Below, piece by piece: positions 57,798 through 64,000 of a stretch of 64,000 nt of DNA. The stretch lies in the NCBI RefSeq assembly GCF_009914755.1, contig NC_060926.1; one strand, given 5' to 3'. Numbering within the stretch: position 1 is the first letter of the stretch; the number at the start of each line of letters is the position of its first letter. The position numbers and the translations under genes were made by a program. Source of the DNA: the human T2T-CHM13v2.0 reference genome, Homo sapiens. The notes under the pieces are model-generated. The model made no database searches. It was given only the letters and a program-made list of their open reading frames with translations, and was not told the origin of the DNA.

Positions 57798-60255
57798 AGT
57801 TCCGACAGAGATCACGGTGAGACTCTGAGCTCCGCGGCTAGCTCCCCTGGGGCCCTCCAAACCCTGGGCCAACGGGTGAGTTGGGGGAGCCCCAGGACAG
57901 ACTGGGGCCTCCGCCCTGCAGATATCCCAGAGCCCTTGCTATGGCTCCCACCGGCCACACCCAGGCCTTGAAGGAGCATCGACCATATTCCTCAACCCAC
58001 CTCGGTGACCTGATGGTGGCGGCAGCCTCTCCCAGCCGACCCCGCCGACCGCTGGATCTCCAGAGGACACCCCTGCCAAGCCACCCGGATGCAGAGCCTT
58101 TGAGTGGCAGCTGCCGTGGCCGGCCGGAAGCATGGCGGCGGCAGGGAGGCCCCTAGGGTGTGGCAGGGCGGGTCTACGGAGGCCTCTTTAGGCCACAGAG
58201 CAACGTAAAGCCTAGGCCTGCAGAGACTGCTCAGTCACAGTTGAAGGAGACCTACTGAGTCCTGAGGACAACCAACAAAGGCCTTAACGGCACAGAAGGT
58301 GAGCAAAGTCCTGGAGGAGGGTGAGCAGAAGGATCAGTGGCCATCGCGGGTTGGTGTTAGTTCTACCAGACCTCTATGTCGCAAGAGAAATGGTAGGATG
58401 ACAGGCCACAGTTGGCCCGCTGGACATGCCCACCACCCTTTGGGAAGGTTTACTGGCCGTTTATAGAAAACCTGTGTGTATATAACATGAAAAAGTTGCT
58501 CTCAACTTCCCTCCAACCTTTTAAAAGAAAACATTTTCCACATCTAGGCTTTCTAGATGAGAAGAGGTTGCCGACGTATGACAGAGTTAGAAAATCACAC
58601 ATCTTGTAAATTCTCATTTGTTTAAAAAGAAATCATAGGCCGGGCGCGGTGGCTCATGCCTGTAATCCCAGCACTTTGGGAGGGCGAGGCGGGCGGATCA
58701 CGAGGTCAGATCGAAACCAGCCTGACCAACGTGGTGAAACCCCGTCTCTACTAAAAATACAAAAATTAGCCGGGAGTGGTAGCGGGCATCTGTAATCCCA
58801 CCTACTCGGGAGGCTGAGGCAGGAGAATCGCTTGAACCCAGGAGACAGAGGTAGAGGGTGCAAGTGAGCGGAGATTGCACCATTGCACTCCAGCCTGGGT
58901 GACAGAGCAAGAATCCGTCTCAAAAAAAAAATTATAAAAAATAAATGTCTTCTGGAGGTGACTTTGAAGTGGTTAGACCACCTCTGGAAGCGAAGCTTCC
59001 ACGTTTGTTCAGTGAGTTAAAGGACATAGAAAACCTGAGAAGGAAGTTCTAGGCCAGTCTGGTCATATCTGAAGAGATTTTCATGTTCTAATCTAACCTT
59101 TGTTTTGTGTACATTTTATTAATGCTCACCACTGTACATAGAGTTGACTAACGTAAAACAATCCCTTCATAAATGTCCTTTTGTTTGTTTATAGGAAGTC
59201 CTGTCTTCTGGGATTGAGTTTGGTAATCCACCCCTTGGAGCTAAACACAGTAGTATCCTTAGTCGTTGGGATGGTGGGAGAGGGAGAAGAGGAAGGATGA
59301 AGGAAAGGGCTCTTTGCTAGTATCTCCATATCTAGAAGATGGTTTAAACTCATACCCATAGCTCTATATGAGCATTTTCAGTAAAGTGCCTGTGTTTGTT
59401 GTGGACAAGTTTTATTATTTTGCAACATCTGAGCTTTATGAAAGTCCTGGAGTGACAATGTATGATAAAAAGTAGAGCTAGTGAATTAGGCAATTTATTA
59501 ATATTTTTTGTTATAACTGATAGAAAAGATGCATCTTGAACATGGAATTGTTAAGCCACGTCTGAGCAGTGTATGTCAGGACTTGTTCATTAGGTTGGCA
59601 GCAGAAGGGCAGAATGAAGTATAAAGGGAGAGATGTATGCAAATGTGTCTATGTTTACATTTTGATACTAGTCATTGATATATGTGCAACTCTTTTGGCT
59701 GTACTATAGGAATACAGTAAGTAATTTGAAGGAAACATACCTTCTTGCTAATATTTTAATGGTATAGATATGAGAAATTATCTTAGAAACATTATACATA
59801 GTGTATTCTGCTGCTTTATGTTTCATTTTAAATTGAGCATTAAGAAAACGCAGTATTTTAATCAGAACTCTGCTAATGCTTTTATGTAGAGGCATGTTGT
59901 CATTTGGGTCTTCTATGAAATTTTTGTCCTAAGAAAGGGAGGATTACATTTTTTCTAACAGATGAAGTTGCTGTAATGTGTTGCTGAGTATCAGAATACT
60001 CACATAGCTTTAAGATTTTGAATTGGTAAATATTCATGATGTGTGAAAAGGCATGATACATAACATATGATCTCAAGTCCATCAAGTTGGATGTTGTATC
60101 TACACAAACAGGACTTAGAAGGACATGTGAAACTAAATTGCTTGTGATTGTGGATGGCTTTGTTCTTTGCTTCTAGTGGTTTTCAGTTTCCTGTAATGCA
60201 CACATTAGCTTTTAAAAAGTGAAGGTTATTTTTTAAAACCTGTAAAAAAAAAAAA
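57798..60255 (+). pseudogene. Processed retrocopy of lncRNA NORAD (LINC00657), internally deleted, Alu-interrupted
   Basis: Starts agttccgacagagatc and continues through blocks recognised as NORAD (cccacctcggtgac; gcctctttaggccac; gagaaatggtaggatgacaggccac; gaggttgccgacgtatga; gagcagtgtatgtcaggacttgttcattaggttggcagcag); ends ggttattttttaaaacctgt + A12 (60244-60255); ttccag on both flanks (57792-57797, 60256-60261). Match is from memory of NORAD. Confidence 0.88.
58638..58931 (+). mobile_element. AluS inserted within the NORAD retrocopy
   Basis: Dimeric Alu; degenerate TSD aaaagaaatcata / aaaaaaaattata. Confidence 0.92.
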
Positions 60256-60294
60256 TTCCAGGTGACGCTACATCATAAGGTTGAGAGCCACTGG

Positions 60295-60565
60295 GGTAAG
60301 TTGCTGACTCTGGTATGTAGTTAGTATTTATTCTAAGTGCAATGGGAAGGCATTATAGGGGTCAAGGAGAGGCATGACATGATCTAATTTACTGTTTAAG
60401 GCTGAGGCTTTGTGGAGAGTGGACTATGGAGGGTGACAGCAGAAGCAAGGTACTGGTTAGGAGCTGACTGGGGAGAGTAAAGGGAATCAGGATATATGTC
60501 AGGCATAGGGCTGTCCAGTCATGCTGACAACAGAGGTCCTGGGAGTGAAGGACAGAGAAGAATCC
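60295..60565 (-). mobile_element. L2 fragment
   Basis: tattctaagtgcaatgggaaggcatt...tgacatgatctaattta. Confidence 0.65.
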
Positions 60566-61394
60566 CTAGAATCTGGGAATCTTTAACAGTACCAGGCATG
60601 GAGCTCCTGTAATTTCATGTGTCAGACAGTAATCTCTGCTACCCCTTCCTCTGGCAACCCCCACAGCCTCCAGCAGGGCAGGCACCTGGTAGAGGCATAT
60701 ACAGATGGCTAGAATGAAACAAACTCTCTGGCGCAATAAACCTCCAGGCTCTGTGGAAGCCCACGTCTCCTGTGTGACTCTGATAAATACCTTCCCCTCT
60801 CCGGCCTTTGTAAAACAGAAATTATATTTTCCACTGCCTGCCTTACAGACAGAGGTATTTTGAATATCCAGGACAGCAGTGCATAATGACAGTTAATAAC
60901 AGTTTTTTTTTAAGCACAACCACCTTGCAAGGTAGAGATCGTTCAAACACTCTTACAAACATCAGAGCTGAGAGATAAAGTAACTACCTGAGGCCAACGT
61001 GCTATCAGTGCTTATGTGGCTTTTTGATCCAGGCCAGTTTGACTTCAAATTCTAGATTCCTTTCACCACATGATGCTGAAATTACAACATATTAGATGAT
61101 GCACTGGCAAGATGGCAGGGAAACTATTACATTCTTTCATTGTTCCTCACACTAAGATGGGTGGGATTCTTTTGAAAAGCAAATTAGTAATGAGTGTCAA
61201 AATCCACAAAAGTGTTTCTACCCCTTGACCATATTGAATTTATTCTCAAGAGAACAATTTTGAATTATAAAAAGGTGTATACCTAGAACTTTTAGTTCTG
61301 CATCATTTGTAACAGCAATAAATTCGAAGTAACTTAAATAGGGGACTTGTTAAAAAAAAAAAACTATGGTGTCAAATCAAAGGAGTACTATACA

Positions 61395-61583
61395 GTAATG
61401 GTTCTCCGTGAAGGATGATTTTGCCCCCCAAGAGACATTCAACAATGTCTGAAGACATTTTTGGTTGTCCCAACCTGGGGGGAGGGTGAGTTCTATTGGC
61501 ACTTGATGAGGAGTGACCAAGGATACTGCAGTGTATAGGACAGCCTCCCAAAATGTCAATAATGCTGAGGTTGAAAAAACCCT
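61395..61583. mobile_element. MER20 (hAT-Charlie)
   Basis: gattttgcccccaagagacatt..caatgtctgaagacatttttggttgtc...aaaatgtcaataatgctgaggttgaaaaaaccct. Confidence 0.85.
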
Positions 61584-62792
61584 ATTATACAGAAATTAAA
61601 TATGATGAATGGAGATTTTATGATTTAATAGAGAAAAAGTAGAGTTCCAAATTTGGGGCACACCATGATTACAACCATGGAAGACCTTATCTTGCATATG
61701 AAGAAACAGCAGATGAAAACACAGGAAACTGCAAAAAAATACATTGATGGAAGTAGAGATAAATCTTATTCTTTGAAAAGTTTTATTTAATGATGTTATT
61801 TTTTACACTAAGCAAAATTTGGTAAAAAAATTGAAATACAACTTGCTATAGATATCCGTTGTCATTGTTGTTATCCAGATCAAACACTGTACACAGCACA
61901 TTTTTGTGCTCAATTGATTCTCTGGAAGGAAAGAAGGAATTTTGTTTGTTTTGCAAAAGTTATGTGAACATATCCAAATCAAAAGTGGTATTTTTAGAAA
62001 GCCATGCAACTGTCATATCCATTAAGTTGATCAAGACTCCTCCTGATGCAAGGAACACAAATCAAACTGGAACTAGCTGAGACAAGAAAAGACATATTGG
62101 TTCATGTGACTGGGGGAAAATGTCTGGCATCAAGTCATGTGGACCCGAGAGCGGAAACAGTGCTATCTGCTGCTTGGTATGCTCTATGCCTTTGCTGTCT
62201 TTCACTCTCAGACTACCCACTACATTCATTCTCCGAGTGTGGCCCTCATCCTCTATTGCATACTGCTTTCTCACTGGGAACAGAGGCGACACAAATGTTT
62301 TGATGGAGCACATGCTCCAGTAAATTCCTGGGAAAGGATACATGGGAGGTAAAATTCCGAGACCTTGCATTTCTAGAATTTGTCAGCCTCCCAAAGTGCT
62401 GGAATTAAAGGTGTGAGCCACTGCCCAGAAGTTTATGATATAACTCTCTTCATCTCATAGTTAATAAATAATCTGCTAAGACCTACTGAGGACGTTTTTT
62501 CTTAGGATCACAGTGGAAAACTGTAAGAACGGTACTGGGAGGGAGCACTGTCTTGAGAAGAGAAATGCTGGTGGGACCTGGGCATTTGCAGTCAGCAAGA
62601 AAAGCTGAAAGAAATACAAACATTCATTCAAAAGCTGCCTAAATTATCTAAGTTTCCATTTCCTCATTATAAAATAGGGCTCAAATGGGACTAGAATAGA
62701 GGTAAAATGTGTCATAAAATTTCTGTACCTGGAACTGAACATTCATTGCCTCATGTAATGCACCAAGCAGAGCCAGGCACCTAGAAGTCATC

Positions 62793-63192
62793 TGTAGTAA
62801 ATGTTTCCATTGTCCCAACTCTTGGCTCCCTTTCTTGAGAGATGATTGCAAGACACTCATGGCCATGTGACTTGAGTACCTTCCTGTAATTAGGGTATGC
62901 TTCCCTGCCCATGTCAAGCTCAGCCACTAGACTCAATGGAGCCAATACGATGTGAATGGAAATGACAGAGAAAAGCATGAGGGACAATGCAAGTTTTTTC
63001 CAGTTCTCTTACACTTTCCCTTGGTCATCACTTGTCTTGAATCTGGGCTTCTCCTTCAGCTGGGTCCCAGATGAGAAGACATGGAGCAGGGCCCCAGCTA
63101 ATCTAGCGTATTCGTGAAACAGAAACAAATCTATGTTTTGTGAGCCACTGAAGTATGAGGGTTACTTGTCAGCACGCAAAGCTGATTAATAC
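62793..63192 (+). mobile_element. MLT1 (MaLR) LTR
   Basis: ggccatgtgacttg, ccttcagctgggtccc, ttgtgagccactgaag...gctgattaatac terminus. Confidence 0.7.
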
Positions 63193-64000
63193 TGAGTCCC
63201 ACATACAGCTAATAAGGAAAAGCAGGAGGAATAGGAAGATGACAGTGTAGAACAACAGGAGGAGGGGGCAAGAAAGATGGAAAGGTGGAAGATGATGGAG
63301 AAGAGGAAGAGAAGGAGACTTTTAGTAACTCTTGTTGCTTAGAATCATGTTAATGTCTGTGAGAAATAAAAGACTAAGGTTAGGATATATATGCTCCCGT
63401 TTAGAAGATTAAAATCTAGTTGGAGAGGAACCACAGACAAATAAAATGTCCTAGTCACAGGGACAGCAGAATTTAAGGGCTAAGCATGCTCCAGACCAAA
63501 GGCTGCAGAAATTCTAGCTGTAGAGGGTAACTGTTGGAGGAGTAGAGAGAACTGAAAGGATTTGAACTGAGCGTTGAAGGACGTGTATACCACTTGAATG
63601 TTCAAAAAGAGGGGAGGTCACTATATGCTGAGCAAAGAGCACAGAGTGCGGGGGAGTGGGGGAAGCCAAGGGTAGAGGCCACAGCCAAAGAAGACCTTCT
63701 TGGCTTGAGGAAGCCATGACTTCTCCTGTAAGTCATCCCAAGAACCTCTACCTCTTCATCAGGAATGTGTCAAGACCGAGGGCCCACCTGTCTTTTTGGT
63801 GGATGAAATGAAGTTAATCAATTGGAGACCTGCACATGTGAGCCGAGCCAGAGATGCATGAGACTGCCATGCAAGGGGAGAGGGGTGCTCAGAGCAGCTG
63901 CTGGTTCCCCCAGAGGTACAGCTAACTGGGCTGTGGAGTCTTGACAGAGGGTGTGTTTGGCTTTCTGACCCCAATCACCCACAAAGTCTGACTGGATTTC

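Larger units (their letters stand above)
57660..60293. mobile_element. MER5-like DNA transposon split by the retrocopy (halves ~57660-57797 and 60256-60293)
   Basis: Rejoined flanks read ggtatttcttaaaagccttccag|gtgacgct...aaggttgagagccactg, resembling the MER5 terminal segment. Confidence 0.6.

Noticed and set aside
57881-58156. 91-aa ORF in the retrocopy 5' region
   Set aside because: Non-ATG start in GC-rich sequence derived from a non-coding RNA; expected by chance.
60300-64000. Possible TMEM247 coding exons or the Tibetan-enriched deletion
   Set aside because: No recognisable coding exon; by recollection both lie further downstream than this window reaches.

Overview
Human (primate) genomic DNA. 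Positions ~1-15720 hold the 3' half of EPAS1 (HIF-2alpha) on the + strand: coding exons 8-16, all with GT-AG junctions and a continuous frame, ending at TGA 13682-13684, followed by a ~2 kb 3' UTR with ATTAAA at 15700-15705. The remaining ~48 kb is intergenic and repeat-rich (MIR, L2, CR1, nested old L1, Alus, two MER21 LTRs, MER20, MLT1, a decayed hAT transposase fossil). Most notable non-coding items: (1) a processed retrocopy of the lncRNA NORAD at 57798-60255, with both ends present, roughly 3 kb of its repeat core missing, an Alu inside it, a lost polyA signal, a retained splice donor, and insertion into a MER5-type element; (2) an orphan young L1PA 5' UTR fused to an Alu tail, keeping an open ORF0 that points back toward EPAS1; (3) a perfect 61-bp tandem duplication in EPAS1 intron 13; (4) a G23 run in a motif-rich unique segment; (5) a ~270 bp almost pure A/T tract. 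Exon numbers, repeat families and the NORAD match come from recognising the sequence by eye and from memory; no database search was run, and old-repeat boundaries are approximate.
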